NCBI GenBank assembly: GCA_046313635.1
Contig: JBKBYA010000003.1
Location: 128,001 to 192,000, forward strand
Reading direction: 5' to 3'
Source: Pyrinomonadaceae bacterium
GTDB lineage: Bacteria > Acidobacteriota > Blastocatellia > Pyrinomonadales > Pyrinomonadaceae
DNA length: 64,000 nucleotides
Program-made: the position numbers and the translations under genes
The notes under the pieces: generated by a model
Databases searched by the model: none
Seen by the model: only the letters and a program-made list of their open reading frames with translations
Told to the model about the DNA's origin: nothing
In this document: piece after piece, positions 1 through 9,250 of the stretch
Layout: each line of letters begins with the position of its first letter
Numbering within the stretch: position 1 is the first letter of the stretch

Positions 1-320
1 GCCTTGAGAAGATAGATCCCAAGAAGAACGCTGCCGAGCGCCGCGTACCGGAGCAGAAAGCCCGCGGCCGGCCAGGCGATGCCGGGCGAGCCGTCGATGG
101 CCCGGCGAAAGATCGCAGCGGTCGAGCTCCGCAGCCAAAAGTAATTGGCAAAGGCCAATCCGCCGCCTGCCGCAACGCCGATCGCGAAACGGGCCGAAAC
201 GAAGATCGCCCCCAGAACGGTCGCGGCCGAGACGATCGCCGCCATTTCAAACAGTATCCGCCGGTGCGAGATCTCTCGAATATTCTGCGCAGTCCCCGAA
301 GGATGAGATTCCTCGCCCAT
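1..320 (-). CDS. ATP synthase protein I-like membrane protein (partial, runs off window start)
   Basis: Manual translation from ATG at 320: MGEESHP...MAAIVSAATVLGAIFVSARFAIGVAAGGGLAFANYFWLR...LLRYAALGSVLLGIYLLK; hydrophobic helices; directly follows an AtpZ/AtpI-type gene. Confidence 0.65.
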   Translation of the reverse strand, partial: MGEESHPSGTAQNIREISHRRILFEMAAIVSAATVLGAIFVSARFAIGVAAGGGLAFANYFWLRSSTAAIFRRAIDGSPGIAWPAAGFLLRYAALGSVLLGIYLLK

Positions 321-370
321 TGCGAAACGAAAATTTTACTAGGGAAAACAGAAAACTCAAAACCGAACGG

Positions 371-814
371 CTACTCGGGCAGCTTTGTTTCGCCCGTTCC
401 GGGCTCGTCCGCGACGTGCAGCGGTCTCAGCGGCAGCGAGTCGGCGGCCTTGGGCCTGAATATCTGCGAGGTGATGCGAAAGAACTGCAAAAAGCCGATG
501 ATCGAGCCAAGCACGATGCCGCCGATCACGCCCCAGGGGCTGCTGCCGAGGATGAGGTCGGCCATCCAGCCGATAAAAAGCATAAAGACGATCGCCCCAA
601 AAAAAGCCATGCCGGCAGACCACGCGAGGCCGAAGCGGCGAATGTTCACGGCGGTCGATTCGGGCTCAAACGCCGTCATCACCGGCGGCGTGTCGATCGA
701 CCCCTCGGGCTGGCTGAGCTCGGGATACGGGTCGGCCAAAGCCGCGGCCTGGGGCTCGCGGGCCGTCTGGCCGGCGGCGTCGTTCGCGTCTTCGTTATCG
801 AATAAGCCCTGCAT
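371..814 (-). CDS. AtpZ/AtpI family (ATPase gene 1) membrane protein
   Basis: Two TM helices with motif IGWMADLILGSSPWGVIGGIVLGSIIGF typical of this family. Confidence 0.75.
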   Translation of the reverse strand: MQGLFDNEDANDAAGQTAREPQAAALADPYPELSQPEGSIDTPPVMTAFEPESTAVNIRRFGLAWSAGMAFFGAIVFMLFIGWMADLILGSSPWGVIGGIVLGSIIGFLQFFRITSQIFRPKAADSLPLRPLHVADEPGTGETKLPE

Positions 815-827
815 TTTTCGGCGTTTC

Positions 828-2030
828 TCAGTCGCTAATGATGACAGTTTCGGTAGGCGATTTCAATTCATACGTGATGCCGCGCCACGTCATCCGCCGC
901 GAGACGAGGGCCGCGAAAGCGTTGAGGAGAAACAGCGGCGGCGAGAGCAGCCAGAGCGTGTTCTGCGTCAGGTTTTGGACCCGCAGCTCGCGTTCGCAGC
1001 GGCCGCCGAGGACGAGCTTGACGGCCGCGAGCCGCAGCCAGGACTTGCCGATGCTTAAGACCGAAACGGCCCCGAGCGTCGCAAGCGAAACAATGACGGC
1101 CGCGTCATTCCTGCGGCTAAGGAGCACGATCGCAAGTGCCGCGATCATGACGAAGGTAAAAAGGCCCGAGCCGAAGAACGACAGACCCCACAGCTGCGGC
1201 GCATAGACGCGTGTGATCTTCATCTGCCGCGTCGTGAATTCGAGCGTCTCGGCAAACGTGCAGTCTTCGACGGTCGCGGTTAAGGCCTGCGGCACAAACC
1301 TGATCGCGAGATCCGCATCCTTCATCGCCCGCGTGACGGCAAAGTCGTCTGACAGCGTCCCGCGCCAACGCTCACGCATACCGACCTTCTCAAAAACGTC
1401 GCGGCGGATCGCCATCGAGCCGCCCCAGCAGAAGTTCGATCTGAGATTGGGGCCGAGCGCCGACGCGATCGAGGCGTTCCATACCGAGCGCATCTCTGAG
1501 CCGAACGTAGGCCGCTTTGAAATGAACCAGCGATAGCCCGTCGCCGCGCCGACCGACTCGTCCGCGAGCGGCGCGACGAGCCGCCGCAGCCAGTCGCGCT
1601 GCGGCCGCGCGTCGGAATCGGCAAAGGCAAAGACCTGCGAGCGGGCGTCAGCGTGCAGCACGGCCTCGCGCAGATTCTCGACCTTTTGGCTCATCCCGTT
1701 AGCTCGCGGAGCGACGACCAGCCTTGTCGGTACCCGCGCGCACTTGTCCAATACGTCCCGTATGATCGGGACGGCCGCGTCATTCTTGTCGTCGACGACG
1801 AAGATCACTTCGAAAGACGGATACTCCTGCTCGAGCAGCATCGCCAGATTGTCTGCCAGACCGTCGTCCAGCCCGCGACACGGAACGATCACCGTCGCAA
1901 ACGGCGCGTATTCGCCCGCCGGCCTTGCAAGCTCCTCGCGAAAATATCGCAAATACTCGATGCCGCCGCGAAACGACTTGCAGCTGAACCAAACCAACAC
2001 CGCCGCGAGAATGTAAAAGACGTAAAGCAC
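828..2030 (-). CDS. GT2 glycosyltransferase, ceramide glucosyltransferase/HpnI-like
   Basis: N-terminal TM, VIVPCRG, FADSD, WGGSM, LSDD motifs, C-terminal TMs and WRG motif. Confidence 0.8.
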   Translation of the reverse strand: MLYVFYILAAVLVWFSCKSFRGGIEYLRYFREELARPAGEYAPFATVIVPCRGLDDGLADNLAMLLEQEYPSFEVIFVVDDKNDAAVPIIRDVLDKCARVPTRLVVAPRANGMSQKVENLREAVLHADARSQVFAFADSDARPQRDWLRRLVAPLADESVGAATGYRWFISKRPTFGSEMRSVWNASIASALGPNLRSNFCWGGSMAIRRDVFEKVGMRERWRGTLSDDFAVTRAMKDADLAIRFVPQALTATVEDCTFAETLEFTTRQMKITRVYAPQLWGLSFFGSGLFTFVMIAALAIVLLSRRNDAAVIVSLATLGAVSVLSIGKSWLRLAAVKLVLGGRCERELRVQNLTQNTLWLLSPPLFLLNAFAALVSRRMTWRGITYELKSPTETVIISD

Positions 2031-2060
2031 GTTATCGAAGGCTGATTAATAATTGATCAA

Positions 2061-3350
2061 TTAATAATTAGTAATTAATTGTCGATCGAGAGCGTTGACG
2101 GCGCGCTCCGTCGCTCCGCGGTTGCTGTCGATCGCCTCGAGAGCCGCGCGGCCGAGGCGGTCTCGCAGGTCGCGGTCGAGAGCGAGATCGGTGAAGGCTT
2201 CGTACAGGCGCTCGACGTACTCGTCGTCCGACCGCTGCGGCGGGATCTGGATCGCCGCCTCGCGTCTCAAGAATTCTTTCATCACCGCCGCGAAGTTGTG
2301 CGTGTGCGGGCCGGTCACGATCGCTTTGCCGGCGGCGGCGGGCTCGAGCACGCTTTGGCCGCCGTGCGGGATGAGCGATCCGCCGACAAAGACGATATCG
2401 GCGAGCGGATAGACCGCGCGCAGCTCGCCTATCGAGTCGAGCAATATCACTTTTGCCGACGAGTCGCGCTGACTCTCGACGTGGGAGCGGCGGGCCGGAT
2501 CGAACCCGAATTCGCCGATCAGCTTTGCGACCGCGTCGAATCGCTGCGGATGGCGCGGCACGATCATCAGCCGGTATTCAATATCGACGTCCTTGAGCGC
2601 CTCGAGTATCAGCCGCTCCTCGGGAGCGTGCGTGCTGGCGGCGACGATGAGCAGCGGAGAGCCTTTCAGATCAAACCGCCAGCGAAAGTACTCGGTCGTC
2701 TCGCTGCCGGCGATCGATCCGATCTCGAACTTCAAATTCCCCGTGACGTCGAGCTTTGAAGATCCGAGGCCGAGAGCCGAGATGCGGCCCGCGTCCGTCT
2801 CGTCCTGCATCAGCGCGAGGTCGACGTCGCGCAGCACCCTTTCGATAAATCCTCGGACGAACGAGTAGCGGCGGTAAGAGCGCTCGGAAAGTCGGCCGTT
2901 GACGATCGCGACCTTTGCTCCGCTTAGCTTTGCCTCGTGGATGAACCGCGGCCAGATCTCGGTCTCCATCAGCAGCACGACCGCGGGCTGGTACTGGCGC
3001 AGCGCGCGGCGGACCGAGAACTTCCAGTCGAAAGGGAAATAGACGACCGCGTCGGCCTCACCCTTGAAGATCTCTTGCGCGAGCTTTTGTCCGGTTGCGG
3101 TCGTCGTCGATATGACGAGGCGGTGGCCGGGAAAGCGCTCGCGGATCGCCTTGACGAGCGGACGCGCGGCATTTGCCTCACCGACCGAGACCGCGTGCAG
3201 CCAGATGACCGGACGATCGTCTGACCCGAATTTTGGATATTTGCCGAGACGCTGCGCAAAACCCGCCGCGTACTTTTCGCGCCGCAGCAGAAACAGCGGC
3301 AGCATCAGTACGAAGGCGATCGTGTAGAGAAGGCTGTAGAGCGGGAACAT
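2061..3350 (-). CDS. waaA: 3-deoxy-D-manno-octulosonic acid (Kdo) transferase
   Basis: IWLHAVSVGE, ETEIWP, NGRLS, GNLKF, ASTH, VPRHPQRF, GGSL..GGQ..LEPA motifs. Confidence 0.95.
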   Translation of the reverse strand: MFPLYSLLYTIAFVLMLPLFLLRREKYAAGFAQRLGKYPKFGSDDRPVIWLHAVSVGEANAARPLVKAIRERFPGHRLVISTTTATGQKLAQEIFKGEADAVVYFPFDWKFSVRRALRQYQPAVVLLMETEIWPRFIHEAKLSGAKVAIVNGRLSERSYRRYSFVRGFIERVLRDVDLALMQDETDAGRISALGLGSSKLDVTGNLKFEIGSIAGSETTEYFRWRFDLKGSPLLIVAASTHAPEERLILEALKDVDIEYRLMIVPRHPQRFDAVAKLIGEFGFDPARRSHVESQRDSSAKVILLDSIGELRAVYPLADIVFVGGSLIPHGGQSVLEPAAAGKAIVTGPHTHNFAAVMKEFLRREAAIQIPPQRSDDEYVERLYEAFTDLALDRDLRDRLGRAALEAIDSNRGATERAVNALDRQLITNY

Positions 3351-3380
3351 CCGCGGGGAAGTTTACCGGAAGTCGGAGCG

Positions 3381-3501
3381 AGTTGCAGAGGTACGGAGTT
3401 GCGAAGTTGCGGAGTTGCGAAGTTACGAATTTACAGAGTTACTGAACGACGCACTTCCTGTAACTTCGCAACTTCGCAACTATTCGCAACTATTCGCAAC
3501 T
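3381..3501. repeat. Inverted octamer tandem-repeat hairpin (AGTTGCGA-type units / GCAACTTC-type units)
   Basis: About 8 AGTT(G/A)CG(A/G) units at 3381-3442 and complementary GCAACT(AT)TC units at 3460-3501, abutting the efp stop codon. Confidence 0.85.
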
Positions 3502-4065
3502 TTACTTCACGCGTTCGATATAACGCGCCTCCGAGGGGTTGACGCGTATGCGTTCGCCTTCGACGACGAAGGGCGGCACCGAGATCGTGACGCCGTTCTC
3601 GAGCGTCGCCGGCTTGTTCGAGTTGGAGACGGTAGCGCCCTTCATCACGGGCTCGGTCTGCGTGACCGTCAACTCCATCGAAGCCGGAAGCTGAACGCCG
3701 ATCGGCGTGCCGTTGTAAAACTCGACCTCGATCTTGAGCCCCGGCATCAGCCACTGCGCGGCGTCGCCGAGCTCCTCCTCGGTGAGCGCGATCTGCTCGT
3801 AATTTTCCGAGTTCATAAAGTGATGATGCGAGCCGTCCGAATAGAGATATTCCATCTCATGCTGCTCGAGCCGTACGACCTCGAGCGTGTCGGCCGAACG
3901 AAACCGGTGCTCGAACGAATTGCCCGTCAGCAGATTTCGAAGCCGCGTCTGCACCATCGCGCGCAGATTGCCGGGCGTGTGATGGCGAAACTCCATCACC
4001 TTTGCCGGCGTGCCCTCAAAGAGGATCACCATTCCTTTTCTAATATCGTTAGCCTGGATTGCCAT
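3502..4065 (-). CDS. efp: Elongation factor P
   Basis: Full EF-P pattern: HTPGNLRA loop, [23 protein letters not shown]...VPPF. Confidence 0.95.
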   Translation of the reverse strand: MAIQANDIRKGMVILFEGTPAKVMEFRHHTPGNLRAMVQTRLRNLLTGNSFEHRFRSADTLEVVRLEQHEMEYLYSDGSHHHFMNSENYEQIALTEEELGDAAQWLMPGLKIEVEFYNGTPIGVQLPASMELTVTQTEPVMKGATVSNSNKPATLENGVTISVPPFVVEGERIRVNPSEARYIERVK

Positions 4066-4219
4066 AAATGTTGTTCAGATCTCCACTGTTTGAAAAAGAC
4101 GTCAAAAATCAAAAGCCGTAGTTTATGGATTGGCCAGAGCGAGCGCAAGCGGCTGTCCGGCCTGCGCATGCCGCAGCTCGCGGCGCGGTCACCCGTGCGG
4201 TGCGACCGGGCCTGCCGAT

Positions 4220-4753
4220 CTAGTTCTTTTTGAAGGGCAGCGGAGGCGGCTCTTCGCCCTCGGCGGGCGGCGTCTTGCCGAGTGTGCCGTAGATCGAGAC
4301 GATCTGCTCGATCCAATTCTTCGCTTCGGAATTTTCCGGATCGTACTTTACGGCCTTGCGGTAATCGCCGAGAGCCGAGGCGTACTGCCGAGCGTCGGTG
4401 AGCGCGACCGCCCGCTTTGTGTAGGCCTCGCTGAGTGCCTTTTTAGCGGCCGGGTCGGCGGGTTTCGCTTTCAGCTCTTTTTCGGCGGCGGCGATGGCGG
4501 CGTCAAAGTCTTTGGTGTCGATCGGGTCGCCGCTCTGCGTCCATTTACCTTTTGGCCCGTCGGCCGGGACCGACGTGGACGGCCGCTGGTTCTCGCTCGA
4601 ATGCGCGATCACGGTCTCGGACCGCTGCGTACGGTCGGCGGCGTTGGTCGTCGCGGCGGCGTTTGAATTTGCGACCGGCGCGGCGGCGTTGCCGCATGCC
4701 GAATACAAAAGCGCCGCCGAGCCCGCGGCCAGGATCAGTATTGAGTTTTTCAT
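4220..4753 (-). CDS. TPR-containing lipoprotein
   Basis: Signal peptide with lipobox LYSAC; TPR-like helices AYTKRAVAL..ARQY.SA.GDYRKAVKYDP. Confidence 0.7.
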   Translation of the reverse strand: MKNSILILAAGSAALLYSACGNAAAPVANSNAAATTNAADRTQRSETVIAHSSENQRPSTSVPADGPKGKWTQSGDPIDTKDFDAAIAAAEKELKAKPADPAAKKALSEAYTKRAVALTDARQYASALGDYRKAVKYDPENSEAKNWIEQIVSIYGTLGKTPPAEGEEPPPLPFKKN

Positions 4754-4757
4754 ATAT

Positions 4758-6710
4758 CTATCGCTTGTCGATGTACGGCCGCGATTGAACGATGTAAATG
4801 CGGCCGTTCAAAATGCCCCACTCGATGTCCTGCGGCTGTTCGCCGCCAAATGCCTGTTTGATCCGTGTCGCGACGCGGGCCAGCGAACGCACTTCCGTAT
4901 CGGTGAGCACGCGGCCCTGAGCATTCGCGCACTTGTCGGCCGTCGTCCGCAGATCGCCCCTCGGATCAAAGGCGAGAGCGTTCTCCTGCTGCGAGAGCGT
5001 TTTGACGACGACCGAATTCGAATCGGTTTTGAACAGCACCTGCTCCGGAATGCCGGCGTTGTCGACGACGCGCGAGTTGTGCCCGCAGACCGCGCTGATG
5101 TAGACCGAGTCGGTCTTGCTCGCGTCAAACGGGTCGCGAGTGATCATCACGCCGCCCTTTTGCATATCGACGCCGAGCTGGATGAGGGCCGACATATAAA
5201 CGTCCGACTGGCTGACGTAATTGCGGACCCGCGCCTCGTAAGCCTCGAATTTCCAGAGCGAGCCCCAGACCTTTTTGATCGCGTCGATGAGCTTGTCGGC
5301 CTGGCGGACGTTAGCGACGGATGAGTACAGGCCCGCCCCGCTGAAGTTTGGCAGGTCCTCCGAACTCGACGAGCTCCGCACAAACACAGTCCGCCCGCGG
5401 AGCTGCACGCGCCAGCGGGTCAGGACATGAGCGCGCAGGCGAGCGTCGAACCTGCCGTTTTGAAACATCGCCCGAAGTTCCTCGAGCCTTTGCCGCCGCA
5501 CGCGCGGGTTGTGAACGAAATTGTAATCGCTCGTCATCTCGTCGATGACCTTGTCTATCCCGTTGTCGCGGACAAAGCGGTCGTACCAGTAGAAGGGGAT
5601 CGAGAAGCCGTCGGGTACGGTCATCCCCGGTATGCGGGCGTTGAGCATCTCGCCGAGATTGGCCGCCTTTGAACCATAAATGATGCTGTCGGTCCGGCGC
5701 ATCTCGCGGAGGCCCGCGAGCCGCGTCACCTTTAAATTCACCGGCGGCACCTGCTCGTCGGGCGAGGCGAATTTTTCCTTGATCTCCTCGAGCGACGCAC
5801 GCTCGAGCTTGTACGACGCCGGGCCGGCGTCGAGGCGGTAGACAAAGGTGTCGTACTCTCGCAGGAGCTTGTCGGCGTCCTTTATGTAAACGTTCGGGAT
5901 GCCCCAGCCGCGGGCGAGAATGTTGACGTGCGATAGCGGCGACGACGGCTTTGCGACGATGATGCCGCGAACGGGCGGCAGAGACATCGGCAGTTCCTTG
6001 AGCACGACGATCTCGTTGTCGCCGATCTCGACCGTGTCGTCGAGCTTGTCGATGATGTGTATGCGCCCGACGGCCGAGCCTGTATTGAGCGGCAGGTACT
6101 CCTGATTCTTATTGATCTCGCTCTGCGAGACGCGGTCGATCTTGAGCGCGGCGGAGACGTCGTCCTGCCTGCTCGAATTTGGTTTGTAGGCGACCGGAGC
6201 AAAGAAAGTGCGGTTGATCAGCTCATGAGCCAGCCGGATGTGCTCGGCTGTGGCGAGGTCGCCCTCCCACATCTCCCACGTAAATCGTTCGACCGGCTTT
6301 TGCCAGGCGATCGTGCCGACGATGAAGCGCCGGTCCTCGTCTATGTAGATCGGTTTGAAAACATCGGCGCCGCGCGGGACGAGATAATTCGCCAGCAGGA
6401 AGTCCTTGTGAAAGCGGTACCGGTTAGTGTCGACGTAGTAGATCTTGTCTCGGGCCGCACGGTCGATCACGAACATTACGTGCGGCAGAGCGTACGGCAC
6501 GCCGTCGGAATAGACGCGTGCGAGAGCGTCAAATTCGCTTCGCGACCCGACACGTTCCCGAGCGATCTGCGGCGCGTCGGGCCGCGCGTCGGTGCCGGCT
6601 CGGGCCGGTTGTCCGGCGATGTCCGCGCCCTTTGAAGGCTGCGCGCTAACGGTCGCGAATTGAAAGGCGACGGCCGCCAGGATGATCGAAAAAAGAAATG
6701 CCCGGTTCAT
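4758..6710 (-). CDS. PEP/pyruvate-binding (ATP-grasp) dikinase-family protein with N-terminal signal peptide
   Basis: YGSKAANLG, VPDGF, VRSSSSSED..NFSGAGLY, QDIEW..IYIVQSRP; His-domain motif PLSHVNILAR..GIPN upstream; signal-like MNRAFLFSIILAAVAFQFATVSA. Confidence 0.8.
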   Translation of the reverse strand: MNRAFLFSIILAAVAFQFATVSAQPSKGADIAGQPARAGTDARPDAPQIARERVGSRSEFDALARVYSDGVPYALPHVMFVIDRAARDKIYYVDTNRYRFHKDFLLANYLVPRGADVFKPIYIDEDRRFIVGTIAWQKPVERFTWEMWEGDLATAEHIRLAHELINRTFFAPVAYKPNSSRQDDVSAALKIDRVSQSEINKNQEYLPLNTGSAVGRIHIIDKLDDTVEIGDNEIVVLKELPMSLPPVRGIIVAKPSSPLSHVNILARGWGIPNVYIKDADKLLREYDTFVYRLDAGPASYKLERASLEEIKEKFASPDEQVPPVNLKVTRLAGLREMRRTDSIIYGSKAANLGEMLNARIPGMTVPDGFSIPFYWYDRFVRDNGIDKVIDEMTSDYNFVHNPRVRRQRLEELRAMFQNGRFDARLRAHVLTRWRVQLRGRTVFVRSSSSSEDLPNFSGAGLYSSVANVRQADKLIDAIKKVWGSLWKFEAYEARVRNYVSQSDVYMSALIQLGVDMQKGGVMITRDPFDASKTDSVYISAVCGHNSRVVDNAGIPEQVLFKTDSNSVVVKTLSQQENALAFDPRGDLRTTADKCANAQGRVLTDTEVRSLARVATRIKQAFGGEQPQDIEWGILNGRIYIVQSRPYIDKR

Positions 6711-6782
6711 AGACGCGAGGTGCAAGCTTGTCCCAAAAATAAATTCTAGCCGTGCCGCCGTGAATGCAAAAGCGATGTCCGC

Positions 6783-7004
6783 TCACTCCGCCTCGCGGCC
6801 CTGCTCGTCGATCTCGCCGTGATCGAGATCATCGGCGGCGCGTTCGTCGATGCGCCGCTTCATCTGCACACGCAGCGAGAGAAAGTACGAGCACACGCCG
6901 AGCACGCCGGTGACGAACGCGATCTCGCTGTCGTCGCGGACGAGCAAATAATAAGCGGCGACCCCAAGCAGGACCGCCGCCAGGATCTGAAAAGGTGTGT
7001 GCAT
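6783..7004 (-). CDS. Small two-TM hypothetical protein
   Basis: ATG overlaps the upstream stop (TGATG); two hydrophobic helices. Confidence 0.6.
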   Translation of the reverse strand: MHTPFQILAAVLLGVAAYYLLVRDDSEIAFVTGVLGVCSYFLSLRVQMKRRIDERAADDLDHGEIDEQGREAE

Positions 7005-8038
7005 CAGTCGCCGGTATCCTTGATCTCCTCGGCCGCGATCTCCGAGATCGAACGCGGTCGCGAATGTCTTCTCCAAAGGTACCTGAACGCGATAAAGCCC
7101 GGCAAACCGACAAAGACCGCAAAGGGCAGCACGCCTATGGCAAACGTCAGCAGTGCGAGGACGAAGGTCGCGGCGACATCGAGGCCGTTGTTAAAGGCGG
7201 CCCCGAGTCGCTCCGCAAAGCCGGTCGACGCCGCCGCTGCGGCGATCACGCGCGGCGTCTGCACGCGAAGCTTGATGGTCGAGAGCGACGATTGATTCTC
7301 GAGAAATCGTTTGCGGCCCTCGATGCGTTCGATCTCGCCGCGGACATCGGCGAGCTGGCTCTGTACGTCGAGGGCCGAGTCGATGGTCGTCGCTCGTTTC
7401 ATGATCTCCATGAACTGCGCCTCGAGCCCCTTTTTGGCCTTGAGCTGCGCCTCGATGTCGATGAACTCCTCGGTCACGTCCTGGCCTTTAACGGTCTCGG
7501 TGACGACGCGGTCGGCCACGCCGCGGATCTCGTCGAGCGTCTGCCCGAATTTGTCCGACGGCACGCGCAGCGTCATCGTCACGACGTCGCGCGACTTTGA
7601 CTTAATATCGCTCGTATTCTGCTGCGACTCGACGACAAAGCCGCCGTTGCTCTCGGCGATCGAGGTGATGCGCCGCTGGGCCTCCTCGGGCGACGCGGCC
7701 TCGAGATCGAGGTCGGCGTTACGGACGACCTTGCGATCAAAGGTGTACTCAGAATCGTGGACTTCCTCGGCCTTGGTCAGATTGGCCTTGCGGACGACCG
7801 ACTGGCCGACCGTCTCGCGTCTCGGCCGCTGGGCACCGGCCGCCGTGGTCGAGGTCACTGAAGTGTTGGCATTGGCCGCAAAGGCGGCCGGCGATGCGTC
7901 GGCGACCTCGGCTGTTCGGGGGTAGCTCGCCCAACTGGCGGACGAGTTTGAAGCGGCGTTGGAAGCCCGCTCGGTGCTCCCGCAGGCGGCCGCCAGCGCG
8001 GCGATGGAAAGGATAAAGAAGATCCCGATCTTTCTCAT
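7004..8038 (-). CDS. DUF4349 domain lipoprotein
   Basis: Lipobox AAAC; RKVVRNA.L, LRVP, DVTEEFID, IE.IEGR..FL, C-terminal TM. Confidence 0.85.
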   Translation of the reverse strand: MRKIGIFFILSIAALAAACGSTERASNAASNSSASWASYPRTAEVADASPAAFAANANTSVTSTTAAGAQRPRRETVGQSVVRKANLTKAEEVHDSEYTFDRKVVRNADLDLEAASPEEAQRRITSIAESNGGFVVESQQNTSDIKSKSRDVVTMTLRVPSDKFGQTLDEIRGVADRVVTETVKGQDVTEEFIDIEAQLKAKKGLEAQFMEIMKRATTIDSALDVQSQLADVRGEIERIEGRKRFLENQSSLSTIKLRVQTPRVIAAAAASTGFAERLGAAFNNGLDVAATFVLALLTFAIGVLPFAVFVGLPGFIAFRYLWRRHSRPRSISEIAAEEIKDTGD

Positions 8039-8085
8039 GTTCGTTCCTCCTGAAGTTTGTACTTCGGCGGAGAGAACGAACGCGG

Positions 8086-8712
8086 TCAGCCTGCCTTGCG
8101 GGCTATTTCGCGAAAACTTTCCCCGCGTAAAAGTGCCGCGGCTCCGCGGAAAAGCCGGCGGACGGCGCGATAGACCTTTGGAAAGGACCAGAGAAAAAAG
8201 ATCACGAAAAGCAAAAGGATGACGACGATCAACGCCGGGGCGACAACGGCGATCACGGTGCCGGCGATGGCGATGACGTCCTCGACGAGCGAGAGTATCC
8301 AGTTAGAGACCGGCTCCGGCGAGACGTTGGCCGCGACGCGTGCCGCCGCCTTCGTACCGTGCGACGAGAAGGCAAGCCCGCCGCCTACCAGCGCGGCCGG
8401 GATGTAGATGCTCGCGTCAAGATCATTCGTCGCCGCATAAGCCACGACGACGCCGGCCGGCACGCGGATGAAGGTATGAATCACGTCCCAGACGCTGTCG
8501 ACGTAAGGCACCTTGTCGGCAAAGAATTCGACCGTGTAGAGAAATGCAGCGACGCCGATGATCCACCAGTTATCGAGAATATCCAGGCCACCGGGTAATT
8601 TGACGCCCGCAAGTTTTTGCAGCAGGCCGAGAACGGTCACCGTCGCGTAAAGATTGATCCCGCTCGTCCAGGCCGAGCCGAGAGCAAGCGATAGTGTGGC
8701 GAACCAGTCCAT
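8086..8712 (-). CDS. DUF4126 domain membrane protein
   Basis: AWTSGINLY, EFFADKVP.VDSVWD..HTFIR, SPEP.SN...SLVED motifs. Confidence 0.85.
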   Translation of the reverse strand: MDWFATLSLALGSAWTSGINLYATVTVLGLLQKLAGVKLPGGLDILDNWWIIGVAAFLYTVEFFADKVPYVDSVWDVIHTFIRVPAGVVVAYAATNDLDASIYIPAALVGGGLAFSSHGTKAAARVAANVSPEPVSNWILSLVEDVIAIAGTVIAVVAPALIVVILLLFVIFFLWSFPKVYRAVRRLFRGAAALLRGESFREIARKAG

Positions 8713-8718
8713 AGGAAA

Positions 8719-8795
8719 AGTGACGAGTGACGAGTGACAAGTGACGAGTGACGAGTGACAAGTATACAGGAAGTGACTAGTGACTAGTGACGAGT
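8719..8795. repeat. Heptamer tandem array (AGTGACG)n, one arm of the inverted pair around the four-helix-bundle gene
   Basis: Nine AGTGAC(G/A/T) units read directly. Confidence 0.95.
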
Positions 8796-9178
8796 CGACT
8801 GCGGTCCGTTCGATGCCTTTTCACCGAGTGCTCGGCGGAGCGAATTGAGCATCTTCCGTATTTCATCCATCAGCGCAAAAGTTTCAGTTGTTTGTTCGTC
8901 GGGCAAATATCGTAGCTCGATCGAAATGGTGAACTGCGTTCCGAGTTCGGCAAGTGACCCTTCCGCATTCGAAATGAAACGAATAAAGTCAGGTGTCGTT
9001 CGTCGTGCCTGTCCTTCAGCTATATTCGAAGGGATCGACACGGCGGCTCGCCGCATTTGAGACACGAGACCGAATTTTTCTTCGCCAGGAAACGCGGCGG
9101 TCAGCAAGTAGACGCGTTTTACGAGAGCGATGCTCATTGCCAAACGATCAGATCGCGATAGCCGGCCGCCTTTTCCAT
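8784..9178 (-). pseudogene. Four-helix-bundle protein (23S rRNA-IVS protein family, TIGR02436-like), frameshifted after codon 14
   Basis: AGGAGG RBS then ATG 9178 gives MEKAAGYRDLIVWQ-stop; the overlapping -1 frame continues MSIALVKRVY..FP.EEKFGL.SQMRRAAVSIPSNIAEG..R..FI.F...A.GS..E..TQ. Confidence 0.8.
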
Positions 9179-9198
9179 CCCAAGCCTCCTGCCTTTCT

Positions 9199-9250
9199 CT
9201 CGTCACTGGCCCCTTGTCACTCGTCACTCGTCACTTGTCCCTCGTCACTC
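9199..9250. repeat. Heptamer tandem array (CGTCACT)n, complementary arm
   Basis: About 7 (C/T)GTCACT units, reverse complement of 8719-8795; encodes the regulator C-terminus SDEGQVTSDE and its stop. Confidence 0.9.

Noticed and set aside
8784..9227. Diversity-generating retroelement suggested by the Avd-like four-helix bundle
   Set aside because: No reverse transcriptase and no TR/VR pair with adenine-specific differences seen in the window
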